Shown: positions 26,885 through 37,200 of the stretch, piece by piece
Numbering within the stretch: position 1 is the stretch's first letter
Layout: every line of letters starts with the position of its first letter
Origin: Schaedlerella sp.
GTDB taxonomy: Bacteria > Bacillota > Clostridia > Lachnospirales > Lachnospiraceae
NCBI GenBank assembly: GCA_036309085.1
Contig: JAXJUL010000027.1
Span: forward strand, 1,408-65,407
Reading direction: 5' to 3'
DNA length: 64,000 nt
The notes under the pieces: model-generated
What the model saw: the letters and a program-made list of their open reading frames with translations, nothing else
The model's database searches: none
What the model was told of the DNA's origin: nothing
Position numbers and translations under genes: made by a program

Positions 26885-29035
26885 ATGGACATTAATCAAA
26901 AACTGACAGAAGAATTACAGGTGAAGCGCTGGCAGGTGGATGCGGCGGTGAATCTCATCGATGAGGGAAATACAATCCCATTTATTTCCCGATACAGAAA
27001 GGAAGTAACGGGGTCTTTGAATGATGAACAGCTTCGTAAGTTGTATGAACGGCTTGTTTATTTGAGAAATCTGGAAGACAAGAAAGCACAGGTACTTTCT
27101 AGTATTGAGGAACAGGGAAAGCTGACAGAGGATCTGAAGAAAAAGATTTTGGCTGCAGAGACAATGGTTGTGTTGGAGGATTTGTATCGTCCATACAGGC
27201 CAAAACGCCGTACCCGTGCAATGATTGCAAAAGAAAAAGGATTAGAGCCTCTGGCTGCATTGATTATGCTGCAGCAGACAAAAACGCCGGCTGAAGAGGC
27301 GGCAAAAGATTTTGTGTCGGAAGAAAAGGGTGTAAAAACAGCTGCAGAAGCAATTGCCGGCGCGAAAGATATTATTGCAGAATCTATTTCTGATAAGGCA
27401 GATTATCGAAGCTGGATTCGTAATGTTACGGTAAGAAAAGGAAAAGTTATTTCTGTGGCAAAGGATGCAGAAGCAGAGTCTGTTTATGAAATGTATTATG
27501 ATTTTGAAGAACTGGTAAATAAACTGGCAGGACACAGAATCCTTGCTCTGAATCGTGGAGAGAAGGAGAAAATCCTGTCTGTAAAGGTGGAAGCACCGGA
27601 AGAAGAAATTCTAAAATATCTTGAGAAGCAGACAATCCGAAAAGACAATCCATTTACTACGCCAATATTAAAGGCAGTTGTGGAAGATAGTTATAAGCGT
27701 CTGATCGCACCTGCAATTGAGCGAGAAATTCGTAATGAACTGACAGAGAAGGCAGAGGATGGGGCAATTGAAGTATTTGGAAAGAACCTTCATCAGCTCT
27801 TGATGCAGCCGCCAATTGCAGGTCGTACAGTGCTTGGCTGGGATCCGGCTTTCCGTACAGGCTGTAAGCTTGCTGTTGTGGATGCGACAGGAAAGGTGCT
27901 TGGCACGACAGTCATTTACCCGACTGCGCCGACGACTCCGGCAAAGATCAAGGCATCGAAAGAGCTTTTGAAGACAATCATTCCAAAGTACAATGTAAGT
28001 TTGATTTCTCTTGGGAATGGAACGGCTTCACGCGAATCGGAGCAGTTTATTGTAGAGCTTTTAAAAGAGATTCCTGAGAAGGTAGAATATGTGATCGTCA
28101 GTGAAGCAGGAGCATCTGTATACTCCGCAAGTAAGCTGGCAACGGAAGAATTTCCAAAATTTGATGTAGGACAGAGAAGTGCGGCGTCGATTGCAAGACG
28201 TCTTCAGGATCCGCTGGCAGAACTTGTAAAGATTGATCCAAAATCTATCGGTGTCGGTCAGTATCAACATGATATGAATCAGAAAAAACTTGGAGAATCC
28301 TTAAGTGGTGTTGTGGAAGACTGTGTAAATAAAGTAGGTGTTGATTTGAATACTGCGTCAGCTCCATTGTTGGCGTACATTTCTGGTATCAGCAGTGCGA
28401 TTGCAAAGAATATTGTACTCTACCGTGAAGAAAATGGAAGATTTACGAATCGAAGAGAACTTTTGAAAGTTGCAAAATTAGGACCGAAGGCATTCGAACA
28501 GTGTGCGGGATTTATGAGAATCCAGGGAGGAAAAAATCCACTGGATGCCACAGGGGTACATCCAGAATCTTACGAGGCGGCAGAGAAACTTTTGAAAAAG
28601 CAGGGGTACAGTCTGGAGGATATTTCCAAAGGAAATTTGACAGGGCTCTCTTTAACGATTAAAGATTATAAGAAGTTGTCTGAAGAACTGGGAATCGGTG
28701 AGATTACACTTCGTGACATTGTGAAAGAACTTGAAAAACCGGCTCGTGATCCAAGAGAAGAGATGCCTAAACCAATCTTAAGAACAGATGTCCTTGAGAT
28801 GAAGGATCTGAAAGAAGGCATGGTTTTAAAAGGAACGGTGAGAAATGTTATTGATTTCGGTGTATTCGTAGATATTGGAGTGCATCAGGATGGATTGGTT
28901 CACATTTCACAGATTACAGATAAATATATCAAACATCCACTGGAAGCAGTGAGTGTAGGAGATATTGTAGATGTAAAGGTTATGAGTGTGGATCTTAAGA
29001 AGAAGAGAATCCAGCTGACGATGAGAGGAATTTAA
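26885..29035 (+). CDS. tex: Tex-family RNA-binding transcription accessory protein
   Basis: EGNTIPFISRYRKE, DPAFRTGCK, GNGTASRE, IGVGQYQHD, C-terminal S1 (FGVFVDIGVHQDGLVHIS). Confidence 0.96.
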   Translation: MDINQKLTEELQVKRWQVDAAVNLIDEGNTIPFISRYRKEVTGSLNDEQLRKLYERLVYLRNLEDKKAQVLSSIEEQGKLTEDLKKKILAAETMVVLEDLYRPYRPKRRTRAMIAKEKGLEPLAALIMLQQTKTPAEEAAKDFVSEEKGVKTAAEAIAGAKDIIAESISDKADYRSWIRNVTVRKGKVISVAKDAEAESVYEMYYDFEELVNKLAGHRILALNRGEKEKILSVKVEAPEEEILKYLEKQTIRKDNPFTTPILKAVVEDSYKRLIAPAIEREIRNELTEKAEDGAIEVFGKNLHQLLMQPPIAGRTVLGWDPAFRTGCKLAVVDATGKVLGTTVIYPTAPTTPAKIKASKELLKTIIPKYNVSLISLGNGTASRESEQFIVELLKEIPEKVEYVIVSEAGASVYSASKLATEEFPKFDVGQRSAASIARRLQDPLAELVKIDPKSIGVGQYQHDMNQKKLGESLSGVVEDCVNKVGVDLNTASAPLLAYISGISSAIAKNIVLYREENGRFTNRRELLKVAKLGPKAFEQCAGFMRIQGGKNPLDATGVHPESYEAAEKLLKKQGYSLEDISKGNLTGLSLTIKDYKKLSEELGIGEITLRDIVKELEKPARDPREEMPKPILRTDVLEMKDLKEGMVLKGTVRNVIDFGVFVDIGVHQDGLVHISQITDKYIKHPLEAVSVGDIVDVKVMSVDLKKKRIQLTMRGI

Positions 29036-29137
29036 AACGATACGGATTCTATGTTCAAGTATTGCAAAATAGAACGAAATTGATTAAAATGAAATCGACA
29101 ATTTAATAATGAAGGTTATTTGAAGAAGGAGACAGAG

Positions 29138-30679
29138 ATGAAAAAAGTATTGTCAATGCTTTTATTGACTACAATGTCACTTACTATTGCACTGACAGGA
29201 TGTTCAGGTGATAAGGAAAGTGAACAGTCAACTACTGAGAATAATACTTCTGGAAAACCCACCGAAGGAGGAAGTATCGTAGTTGGTATTACCGAAGATT
29301 TGGATAGTCTTGACCCACACTTAGCAGTATCGGCAGGAACGGAAGAGGTTTTATTTAACATTTTTGAAGGTCTGGTGAAACCGGACAGTGACGGGAATCT
29401 GATCCCGGCAGTTGCCAGTGAATATGCAATTTCAGAAGATGCAAAGGTATATACATTTGTACTTCGTGAAGGAGTTAATTTTCATAATGGCCAGGCAGTT
29501 ACAGCCAAAGATGTAAAATATTCAATCGATCGTTGCGCTGATACATCAGATGGAGGTCCACTGGTATCAGCGTTTTCTATTATAGAGAGTGTTAATATTC
29601 TGGATGAAAAGACAGTTGAGATCAGGCTGACAGAAGGTGATACAGAATTCCTTGCTTATCTGACAGTGGCAATTATTCCAAAAGATTATGAAGAACAGGC
29701 AACAAGCCCAATCGGTACAGGTCCATTCAAGTTCGAATCCAGAACAGTGGAAGAGAATTTTGTAATGGTTAAAAATGAAGACTATTGGGGAGAGAAAGCA
29801 CATTTGGATAAGGTGGAATACAAAGTGGTCCCTGATTCCGACATGCTTGTAACAAACTTAAAGGGCGGCTCTATCGATATGGTAGTTCGTCTAAGTGCAA
29901 CTCAGGCTGCTGAGCTGACTGAAGGATTTCATATTGAAGAGGGTACAATGAATCTTGTGCAGGCACTTTATCTGAACAATGATGTTGAGCCTCTTAATAA
30001 TGAAAAAGTAAGGCAGGCACTTTCTTATGCTATCGATCCGGACGAAATTATGATGATGATCGCAGATGGACGAGGAGCACGTGTAGGAAGCAGTATGTAT
30101 CCTGGTCTTACAAAGTATTTCCATGAAGATCTTGTGAATTACTATACAAAAGATACAGAAAAGGCAAAAGAACTTCTGAAAGAAGCTGGATATGAAGATG
30201 GATTTGATCTTGAGATTTCTGTATGTTCTACTCAGCAGCAGCATGTGGCTACTGCACAGGTGATTGTGGAAGAACTTAAGGCGATCGGTGTGAATGCAAC
30301 GATCAATTCTATTGAATGGAATGCATGGCTGGAAGATGTATACAATAATCGTGAGTACGAGGCAACAGTTGTAGGTTTTGATGCTTCCGCATTGACAGGA
30401 CGTGCAATGCTCGAGCGTTTTACATCTGAAAGTTCTAAAAATATTTCAAACTTCAGGAGTGAGGAGTATGATGAGGCATTTGCCAAAGCTGTAGCTGCAA
30501 TCAATGAAGAAGAAAAGGTTTCTTACTACAAAGAATGTCAGGAAATCTTGACAGAGCAGGCTATTAATGTATACATTCAAGACCTTGCAAGTCTTGTTGC
30601 AATCCGTGACGGGTATGATGGATATGAATTTTATCCGCTGTATGTACAGGATATGTCTAGGATTTATGCTGTAGAATAA
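29138..30679 (+). CDS. ABC transporter substrate-binding lipoprotein, family 5 (peptide/nickel)
   Basis: Lipobox ALTGC, SLDPH, IFEGLV, YTFVLREGVNFHNG, IGTGPF. Confidence 0.92.
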   Translation: MKKVLSMLLLTTMSLTIALTGCSGDKESEQSTTENNTSGKPTEGGSIVVGITEDLDSLDPHLAVSAGTEEVLFNIFEGLVKPDSDGNLIPAVASEYAISEDAKVYTFVLREGVNFHNGQAVTAKDVKYSIDRCADTSDGGPLVSAFSIIESVNILDEKTVEIRLTEGDTEFLAYLTVAIIPKDYEEQATSPIGTGPFKFESRTVEENFVMVKNEDYWGEKAHLDKVEYKVVPDSDMLVTNLKGGSIDMVVRLSATQAAELTEGFHIEEGTMNLVQALYLNNDVEPLNNEKVRQALSYAIDPDEIMMMIADGRGARVGSSMYPGLTKYFHEDLVNYYTKDTEKAKELLKEAGYEDGFDLEISVCSTQQQHVATAQVIVEELKAIGVNATINSIEWNAWLEDVYNNREYEATVVGFDASALTGRAMLERFTSESSKNISNFRSEEYDEAFAKAVAAINEEEKVSYYKECQEILTEQAINVYIQDLASLVAIRDGYDGYEFYPLYVQDMSRIYAVE

Positions 30680-30726
30680 GAAATGTTTTATTAAAAAGTT
30701 CAGTTTAAAAAGAAAGGAGGACCGGT

Positions 30727-31668
30727 ATGAAGTACGTTTTGAAAAAAATAACAGGTCTAATAATCACATTATTAATTGTCACAATGCTGGTCTTCCTGGC
30801 ATTTGAATTGATTCCAGGGGATCCTGCGACTGCAAAGCTTGGAACGGAGGCGACACCTGAGCAGGTGGAAGCACTCAGGGAAGAGATGGGACTGAATGAA
30901 CCTCTTCCGGCAAGATATGTGAGTTGGATCACGAACTTCCTGCAGGGGGATATGGGAACATCTTACAAATATGAAGAACCGGTACATGAGATGATAGGAG
31001 ATAAGCTTCCGGTCACACTGACCTTGACAGGAATCTCATTTGTACTGATCATTCTGCTTTCCATTCCACTTGGAATAATCTGTGCAAAGTATGAAAATAC
31101 ATGGATTGATCGTCTGATCGTGATCATGAATCAGATTACGATGTCAATCCCGCCGTTTTTTGTGGGAATGATCCTGACGGTTATATTTGGATTAACATTG
31201 AGATGGTTTGTGCCGGGAGGATATATTTCCTATCAGGATGACATGGCTGGATTTATCGGATATCTGATTTTTCCGGCAATCGCTGTGGCACTGCCAAGAA
31301 CAGCACAGACAGTAAAACTTCTGCGCAATTCTCTCATTGCAGAGATGCATCAGGATTATGTAAGAACAGCCTACAGTCGTGGAAATTCTGCGACAAGAGT
31401 GCTTTTATGTCATGTATTTCGCAACGGAATCCTGCCGGTTATCACATTTTTAGGGATGGCTCTGGCAAATATGATCACAAACAGTCTGGTTGTTGAGCAG
31501 GTGTTTGGAATTCCGGGCATTGGAAGAACTTTGATTTCATCCATTTCCAACAGAGATTATCCAGTGGTGGAGGCTCTGATCGTACTGATCGCATTGGTGA
31601 TTCTTGTGACCAATACAGTGGTTGATCTTCTGTATCAGAAATTAGATAAACGAATTGAAATTGCATAG
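30727..31668 (+). CDS. Peptide/nickel ABC permease (DppB-like)
   Basis: PGDPA, GDMGTS, DYVRTAYSRG, VEQVFGIPGIG, RDYPVV. Confidence 0.93.
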   Translation: MKYVLKKITGLIITLLIVTMLVFLAFELIPGDPATAKLGTEATPEQVEALREEMGLNEPLPARYVSWITNFLQGDMGTSYKYEEPVHEMIGDKLPVTLTLTGISFVLIILLSIPLGIICAKYENTWIDRLIVIMNQITMSIPPFFVGMILTVIFGLTLRWFVPGGYISYQDDMAGFIGYLIFPAIAVALPRTAQTVKLLRNSLIAEMHQDYVRTAYSRGNSATRVLLCHVFRNGILPVITFLGMALANMITNSLVVEQVFGIPGIGRTLISSISNRDYPVVEALIVLIALVILVTNTVVDLLYQKLDKRIEIA

Positions 31669-31743
31669 AAAGAGGCTGGCGATAAGTCAGCTTCTGTCTG
31701 TTATTTGATATTTACAAAAGAAATTAAACTTTCAGGAGAAATT

Positions 31744-32556
31744 ATGAAGAGAAATATTCGTTCCTATAATTTTAATATCGGTGTCGTACTTACAACGATC
31801 ATGATTAGCTTGATCCTTGTGGGACTTTTCTGGACCCCTTATGATCCGGATGCAATGCAGGGCTCACTGAAATTAAATATCCCTTCTCTGCTGCACCCAT
31901 TTGGAACAGATGAGTTTGGGCGCGATGTGTTCAGCCGTGTGCTGGTTGGCGCGGGAAATACACTGATCATTGCTGTGGGAACGCTTCTGATCGGAGGAAC
32001 GATCGGAATGATTTTTGGGGCTGTTACCGGATATTTCGGGGGATGGCTGGATGAAATACTTATGAGAGTAAACGATGCGCTTGCTGCGTTTCCAAGTATT
32101 TTGATCGCGTTGGTTCTCATAAGTATTTTTGGTACGGGAAAATATAAAGTCATGGTTGCACTGGGAATCGGATTTATTCCGAGTTTTGCCCGAGTTGTGC
32201 GAGGAGAATTTCTTCGATGCAAAGAAGAAGATTATGTGAAAAGCGCAATTCTCATAGGTGTGCCGACACCTCGTATTTTATTTGTGCATATCCTGCCCAA
32301 TATTGCGCCGGTGCTTTTATCTTCTGTTACAACGGGATTTAACAATGCAGTTCTGGCAGAAGCAAGTATGAGTTATCTGGGAATTGGTGTACAGCCGCCG
32401 GACGCCAGTCTTGGTCGTATGCTTTCTGAGTCCCAAGCGTATCTGTCAACAGGACCGTGGTGCGCAGTCTTTCCGGGACTTTTTATCGTACTTCTCGTAC
32501 TTGGTGTAGGGCTTCTGGGAGAAGGAATTCTGGATCGATTCGGAGGTGGAAGATAG
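31744..32556 (+). CDS. Peptide/nickel ABC permease (DppC-like)
   Basis: HPFGTDEFGRDVFSR, HILPN, EASMSYLGIG. Confidence 0.93.
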   Translation: MKRNIRSYNFNIGVVLTTIMISLILVGLFWTPYDPDAMQGSLKLNIPSLLHPFGTDEFGRDVFSRVLVGAGNTLIIAVGTLLIGGTIGMIFGAVTGYFGGWLDEILMRVNDALAAFPSILIALVLISIFGTGKYKVMVALGIGFIPSFARVVRGEFLRCKEEDYVKSAILIGVPTPRILFVHILPNIAPVLLSSVTTGFNNAVLAEASMSYLGIGVQPPDASLGRMLSESQAYLSTGPWCAVFPGLFIVLLVLGVGLLGEGILDRFGGGR

Positions 32557-33368
32557 TGCTTAAGATAAATCATTTATCAATCAGCTTTTCAGACCGTGGG
32601 GTTCTGGACGAAGCTGTAAAAGATGTTTCATTTTCCATGAAAGAAGGAGAAATTCTTGGAATTGTTGGAGAGTCTGGATCAGGAAAGACTCTGACAGCCC
32701 TGATGGTTGCCGGTCTTTTAAAGGGAAATGCGTCGCTTGATGCGGGGGAGATTTTGCTGGATAAGGTCAATCTTCTTTCTCTGACTAAGAAAGAATGGAG
32801 AGAATACCAGGGGAATAAGATCAGCATGATTTTTCAGGAGCCAATGACAGCACTGAATCCAACTATGAAGATTGGACGGCAGGTGGAAGAAGCACTTTTG
32901 CTTCACACAAAGATGTCGAAGGCAGAAAGAAGGAAGCTGGCACTGGAAGCGCTGGAAGATGTGGAACTTGAAAATGTGGAGGAACTGTATCATAAATATC
33001 CGCATGAACTCTCTGGTGGAATGCGTCAGAGAGTGATGATCGCATCAGCTGTCATCAGTCGTCCAAAGCTTTTGATCGCGGATGAACCGACAACGGCACT
33101 GGATGTGAATACGCAGGAAAGTATTATCCAGCTTTTGAAGAAGCTGAATCAAAAATATAAAGTTGGTATTTTATTTATTTCACACAATCTTCGTGTAGTA
33201 AAAAGCCTCTGTGAAAATGTACTTGTCATGAAAGACGGATGCATTATTGAAAAGGGAAGAGCGGATGAGATTTTTGCTTATCCACAGGAAGAGTATACGA
33301 AGCAGTTGATCAATGCGATACCGACAAGAACGCAGCATAACAAATACTATGAGTTATTGATGAAATAG
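32556..33368 (+). CDS. Peptide/nickel ABC ATPase (DppD-like)
   Basis: GESGSGKT, IFQEP, LSGGMRQR, IADEPTTALD; GTG start overlapping the permease stop. Confidence 0.92.
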   Translation: MLKINHLSISFSDRGVLDEAVKDVSFSMKEGEILGIVGESGSGKTLTALMVAGLLKGNASLDAGEILLDKVNLLSLTKKEWREYQGNKISMIFQEPMTALNPTMKIGRQVEEALLLHTKMSKAERRKLALEALEDVELENVEELYHKYPHELSGGMRQRVMIASAVISRPKLLIADEPTTALDVNTQESIIQLLKKLNQKYKVGILFISHNLRVVKSLCENVLVMKDGCIIEKGRADEIFAYPQEEYTKQLINAIPTRTQHNKYYELLMK

Positions 33369-33379
33369 CGGGAGTATCC

Positions 33380-34033
33380 ATGGGGAATAAAGTATTAGAA
33401 TTAGATCATGTAAATGCTTATTATAAAAATGGAAAAGTAAGGAAACAGATTCTGGAAAATGTTTCTTTCACAATTTATGAAGGAGATATAGTGGGTCTGG
33501 TTGGTGAGAGCGGGAGTGGAAAATCTACGCTTTGTAAGGCGGTTCTCGGACTTCTTAAGGAATATAATGGAAACATTACGCATTATACAGAGCGTCCTCA
33601 GATGGTTTTTCAGGATCCTTTTCGTTCTTTGAATCCGAGAAAAACAATCGGCTGGATTTTGGAAGAACCGCTGAAGATCCGCAAATGTTTTACAAAGGAA
33701 GAACGAAGAAAAAGAGCCGGGGAATATCTGGAAAAAGTACATTTACCGGCAGAATTTTATGATCGCTATCCGAAGGAACTGAGCGGCGGACAGAGACAGA
33801 GAGTGAGTCTTGCACTTGCGTTGATTTCAGGAGCAAAGTTTATTCTGGCGGATGAGCCTCTTTCTGCACTGGATGTAACTGTTCAGGCTCAGATTTTGGA
33901 ATTGTTGAAAGAATTGAAAGAAACAGAAAATGTATCTTATTTATTTGTATCACATGATATTGATGTGGTAAGTATGATCTGCAACAGAGTTCTGTTTTTA
34001 AAAGAAGGAAAGATTGTAGAAATTACAGAATAA
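33380..34033 (+). CDS. Peptide/nickel ABC ATPase (DppF-like, short)
   Basis: GESGSGKST, VFQDP, LSGGQRQR, LADEPLSALD. Confidence 0.92.
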   Translation: MGNKVLELDHVNAYYKNGKVRKQILENVSFTIYEGDIVGLVGESGSGKSTLCKAVLGLLKEYNGNITHYTERPQMVFQDPFRSLNPRKTIGWILEEPLKIRKCFTKEERRKRAGEYLEKVHLPAEFYDRYPKELSGGQRQRVSLALALISGAKFILADEPLSALDVTVQAQILELLKELKETENVSYLFVSHDIDVVSMICNRVLFLKEGKIVEITE

Positions 34034-34101
34034 AATGAATGTAAGCCTGTCTTTTGTTGTGCAAATCACGCGAAAGAGCAGGCTTTGAATAAAGGTGAAA
34101 A

Positions 34102-34836
34102 ATGAGAACATATAAATTGACGATCAGTTATGATGGTTCCAGATATCTTGGCTGGCAGAAGCAGCCAGATATCGATCTGACGATTCAGGGAACTTTAGAG
34201 AGAGCTGTTTCCAAACTCGCGGGGCATTCAGTAGAAGTGTTTGGTTCAGGAAGAACGGATGGAGGCGTCCATGCGAAGGGACAGACAGCCAGTATTGTAC
34301 TTCCTCAAAAGGTAAATGAAAAAGAATTTCTTACTGCATTGAACCAGGAACTTCCAAAGGATATCAGGGTTCTGGATATGGAATTTATGAAGGTTAGATT
34401 TCATGCAAGATACAGTGCGAAAAGCAAGTGCTATGAATATACCATCGATACAAGAGAGAAAGCTGATGTATTTATGCGTAAATATACCTTCCATTATCCG
34501 GAAACTTTGGATTTGGAAAAGATGAAAAAGGCAGCGGATCTGCTCATAGGATATCATGATTTTGCGGGTTATACCGACAGACCGGATGAAAAATCATCAA
34601 AACGGTGGATATATAGTATAAAAATTGAGAAAGATGTGGATAAGATCCGGATTGCGTACTGTGGAAGTGGATTTATGTATCACATGGTCCGTATTTTGAC
34701 AGGAACCCTTCTTGATGTAGGGTGTGGAAGACGAAGTGTAGAATCTGTGCTGCGTCCGATTGAGAGCGGAGTAAGAGCAGATGCCGGGTTCCTGGCACCG
34801 GCCAGTGGACTGTGTCTGAAAGAAGTATATTATTGA
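34102..34836 (+). CDS. truA: tRNA pseudouridine(38-40) synthase
   Basis: YDGSRYLGWQ, GSGRTDGGVHA, FHAR, GFMYHMVRI, APASGL. Confidence 0.95.
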   Translation: MRTYKLTISYDGSRYLGWQKQPDIDLTIQGTLERAVSKLAGHSVEVFGSGRTDGGVHAKGQTASIVLPQKVNEKEFLTALNQELPKDIRVLDMEFMKVRFHARYSAKSKCYEYTIDTREKADVFMRKYTFHYPETLDLEKMKKAADLLIGYHDFAGYTDRPDEKSSKRWIYSIKIEKDVDKIRIAYCGSGFMYHMVRILTGTLLDVGCGRRSVESVLRPIESGVRADAGFLAPASGLCLKEVYY

Positions 34837-34938
34837 TAGAAAGAGTTCGTAGGTGCGGGCTCTTTTTAAAATACGCATTGTGATTTAAAAAAGAGTGTGA
34901 TATGATTGATACACAAAGTGTATTGAACGGAGGGCATC

Positions 34939-35136
34939 ATGGATTGTTGTAAAAAAATAAGGGAATTAAGAGAAAGTACGGGAATGAACCGCAGAGAGTT
35001 TTGTGAGTATTTTCAGATTCCATATAGAACAGTTACAGAGTGGGAGAGAGATAATCGACATGCACCAGAGTATGTGCTCAGATTGCTTGAGTATTATATT
35101 AAGACAGAGATGTTGAATAAAAAAAAGGAAGAATAA
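34939..35136 (+). CDS. Small XRE HTH protein
   Basis: LRESTGMNRREFCEYFQIPYRTVTEWE; palindrome ATACAC-aaa-GTGTAT at 34909-34923 upstream. Confidence 0.8.
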   Translation: MDCCKKIRELRESTGMNRREFCEYFQIPYRTVTEWERDNRHAPEYVLRLLEYYIKTEMLNKKKEE

Positions 35137-35225
35137 GAATCTTTCTGCCGGTAGTGGTTATTCGTGTCGGTCAGGAAGTAAGAAAAGTACAATAAAGCGA
35201 TAATATTATTAATGGAGATTATTAT

Positions 35226-35981
35226 ATGAAACTTATATCATGGAATGTGAATGGAATCCGTGCCTGTGTGCAGAAAGGATTTCTGGAATTTTTTAAAGAA
35301 GCAGATGCAGATATTTTCTGTATTCAGGAGACGAAGATGCAGCTCGGACAGCTTGTGTTAGAGATGGAAGGATATCACCAATATTGGAACTCCGCTGTAA
35401 AGAAGGGATATTCAGGTACAGCAGTATTTACAAAGAAGGAACCATTATCAGTTGGATACGGAATCGGGATAGAAGAACATGATCAGGAAGGTCGTGTGAT
35501 TACATGCGAGTTTGAAGGTTTTTATTTTGTGACAGTTTATACACCAAATTCACAGAATGAGTTAAAGAGACTGGATTACCGCATGAAATGGGAAGATGAT
35601 TTCCGGGCATACTTAAAGAAACTGGAAGAGAAAAAACCAGTTATTGTTACTGGTGATATGAATGTGGCTCATAAAGAGATTGATCTTAAAAATCCAAAGA
35701 CAAACCGGAAGAATGCCGGATTTACAGATGAGGAGAGACAGAAGTTTACAGAACTTTTGGATGCAGGCTTTATTGATACGTTCCGTTATTTCTACCCAGA
35801 TCAGGAAGGAATTTATTCCTGGTGGTCCTACCGTTTTAAAGCAAGAGAGAAAAATGCAGGGTGGCGTATTGACTATTTCTGCGTATCCGAATGTCTGAAA
35901 GACAGATTAAAAAATGCCGGAATCAGAACTGACATTTATGGTTCTGATCACTGTCCGGTCGTATTAGAATTGAATGATTAA
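35226..35981 (+). CDS. xth: Exodeoxyribonuclease III / AP endonuclease
   Basis: SWNVNG, IQETK, GYSG, YTPNS, GDMNVAH, GWRIDY, SDHCPV. Confidence 0.96.
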   Translation: MKLISWNVNGIRACVQKGFLEFFKEADADIFCIQETKMQLGQLVLEMEGYHQYWNSAVKKGYSGTAVFTKKEPLSVGYGIGIEEHDQEGRVITCEFEGFYFVTVYTPNSQNELKRLDYRMKWEDDFRAYLKKLEEKKPVIVTGDMNVAHKEIDLKNPKTNRKNAGFTDEERQKFTELLDAGFIDTFRYFYPDQEGIYSWWSYRFKAREKNAGWRIDYFCVSECLKDRLKNAGIRTDIYGSDHCPVVLELND

Positions 35982-35994
35982 AAGGAGGCTCATA

Positions 35995-37185
35995 ATGACA
36001 AAAATTGATATTATTTCCGGATTCTTAGGAGCTGGAAAGACAACATTTATTAAGAAAATGCTGAAAGAAGCATTTGCAGGAGAACAGGTTGTTCTGATTG
36101 AGAATGAGTTTGGAGAAATCGGTATCGACGGTGGTTTCCTGAAAGAAGCAGGGATTGAGATCAAAGAGATGAATTCTGGATGTATCTGTTGTTCACTTGT
36201 AGGTGACTTTGGAAAATCTCTGAAAGAAGTAGTGGAGACTTATCATCCGGATCGTATTCTCATCGAACCATCAGGTGTTGGAAAATTATCTGATGTAATC
36301 AAGGCAGTTCAGGATGCTCAGAAAGAGATTGAAGCAGAACTGAACAGTTTTGTAACAGTTGTAGACGTTACAAAATGTCGTATTTACAGTAAGAACTTTG
36401 GCGAATTTTTTAGCAACCAGATTGAATATGCTGGAACAGTCATCTTAAGCAGAACAGATAAGGCAAAAGAAGCAAAGGTAAAGGAAACTGTAGAGATTCT
36501 TCGTTCGCTGAATGAAAAATCACCGATTATTACAACACCTGTGGAACAGCTTACAGGTGTAAAACTTCTTGAAATTATGGAGGGAAGCAAGTCTCTGGAA
36601 GAAGAATTGCTTGCAGAGATCATCTGTCCTGTTTGTGGCGGACACCATCATGACCATCATCACGATCATGGTGAAGAGTGCCACTGTCACGACCATCATC
36701 ATGAGCATGACCATCATCATCACGATCATGGTGAAGAGTGCCACTGTCATGACCATCATCATGAGCACGACCATCATCATCACGATCATGGTGAAGAGTG
36801 CCACTGCCACGACCATCATCATGAGCACGACCATCATCATCACGATCATGGTGAAGAGTGCCACTGCCACGACCATCATCATGACCATGAACATCATCAT
36901 GCAGATGAAGTGTTTACAAGCTGGGGACGTGAGACGATCAAGGCATACACAAAAGAAGAAATCAGCAATATTCTGAAAGCACTGGAAGAAGATAAAATAT
37001 ATGGAACAATCCTCCGTGCAAAAGGTATGGTTGCCGGAGCAGAAGGAGAATGGATTTATTTTGATATGGTTCCGGAAGAACACGAAGTACGTACCGGAGC
37101 AGCGGAATATACAGGACGTCTTTGCGTAATCGGTGCGGAACTGAATGAAGAAAAACTGGCAGAATTATTTGGACTTGGCAAATAA
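35995..37185 (+). CDS. CobW/COG0523 metallochaperone GTPase with His-rich insert
   Basis: GFLGAGKTT, ENEFG, GCICC, IEPSG, LRAKG; AAGGAGG RBS before ATG 35995. Confidence 0.93.
   Translation: MTKIDIISGFLGAGKTTFIKKMLKEAFAGEQVVLIENEFGEIGIDGGFLKEAGIEIKEMNSGCICCSLVGDFGKSLKEVVETYHPDRILIEPSGVGKLSDVIKAVQDAQKEIEAELNSFVTVVDVTKCRIYSKNFGEFFSNQIEYAGTVILSRTDKAKEAKVKETVEILRSLNEKSPIITTPVEQLTGVKLLEIMEGSKSLEEELLAEIICPVCGGHHHDHHHDHGEECHCHDHHHEHDHHHHDHGEECHCHDHHHEHDHHHHDHGEECHCHDHHHEHDHHHHDHGEECHCHDHHHDHEHHHADEVFTSWGRETIKAYTKEEISNILKALEEDKIYGTILRAKGMVAGAEGEWIYFDMVPEEHEVRTGAAEYTGRLCVIGAELNEEKLAELFGLGK
36650..36900 (+). repeat. 60-bp tandem repeat, ~4 copies, encoding HDHGEECHCHDHHHEHDHHH
   Basis: Units begin at 36661, 36721, 36781 and 36841 (cacgatcatggtgaagagtgccactg...), nearly identical. 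Confidence 0.97.
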
Positions 37186-37200
37186 AAGGAGTGTTGGAAT

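Noticed and set aside
36520..37083. Met-rich ORFs (36520-37083 minus, 36569-36976 plus) and possible CRISPR-like periodicity
   Set aside because: Shadow frames of the His-codon repeat; units are contiguous with no unique spacers and no cas genes
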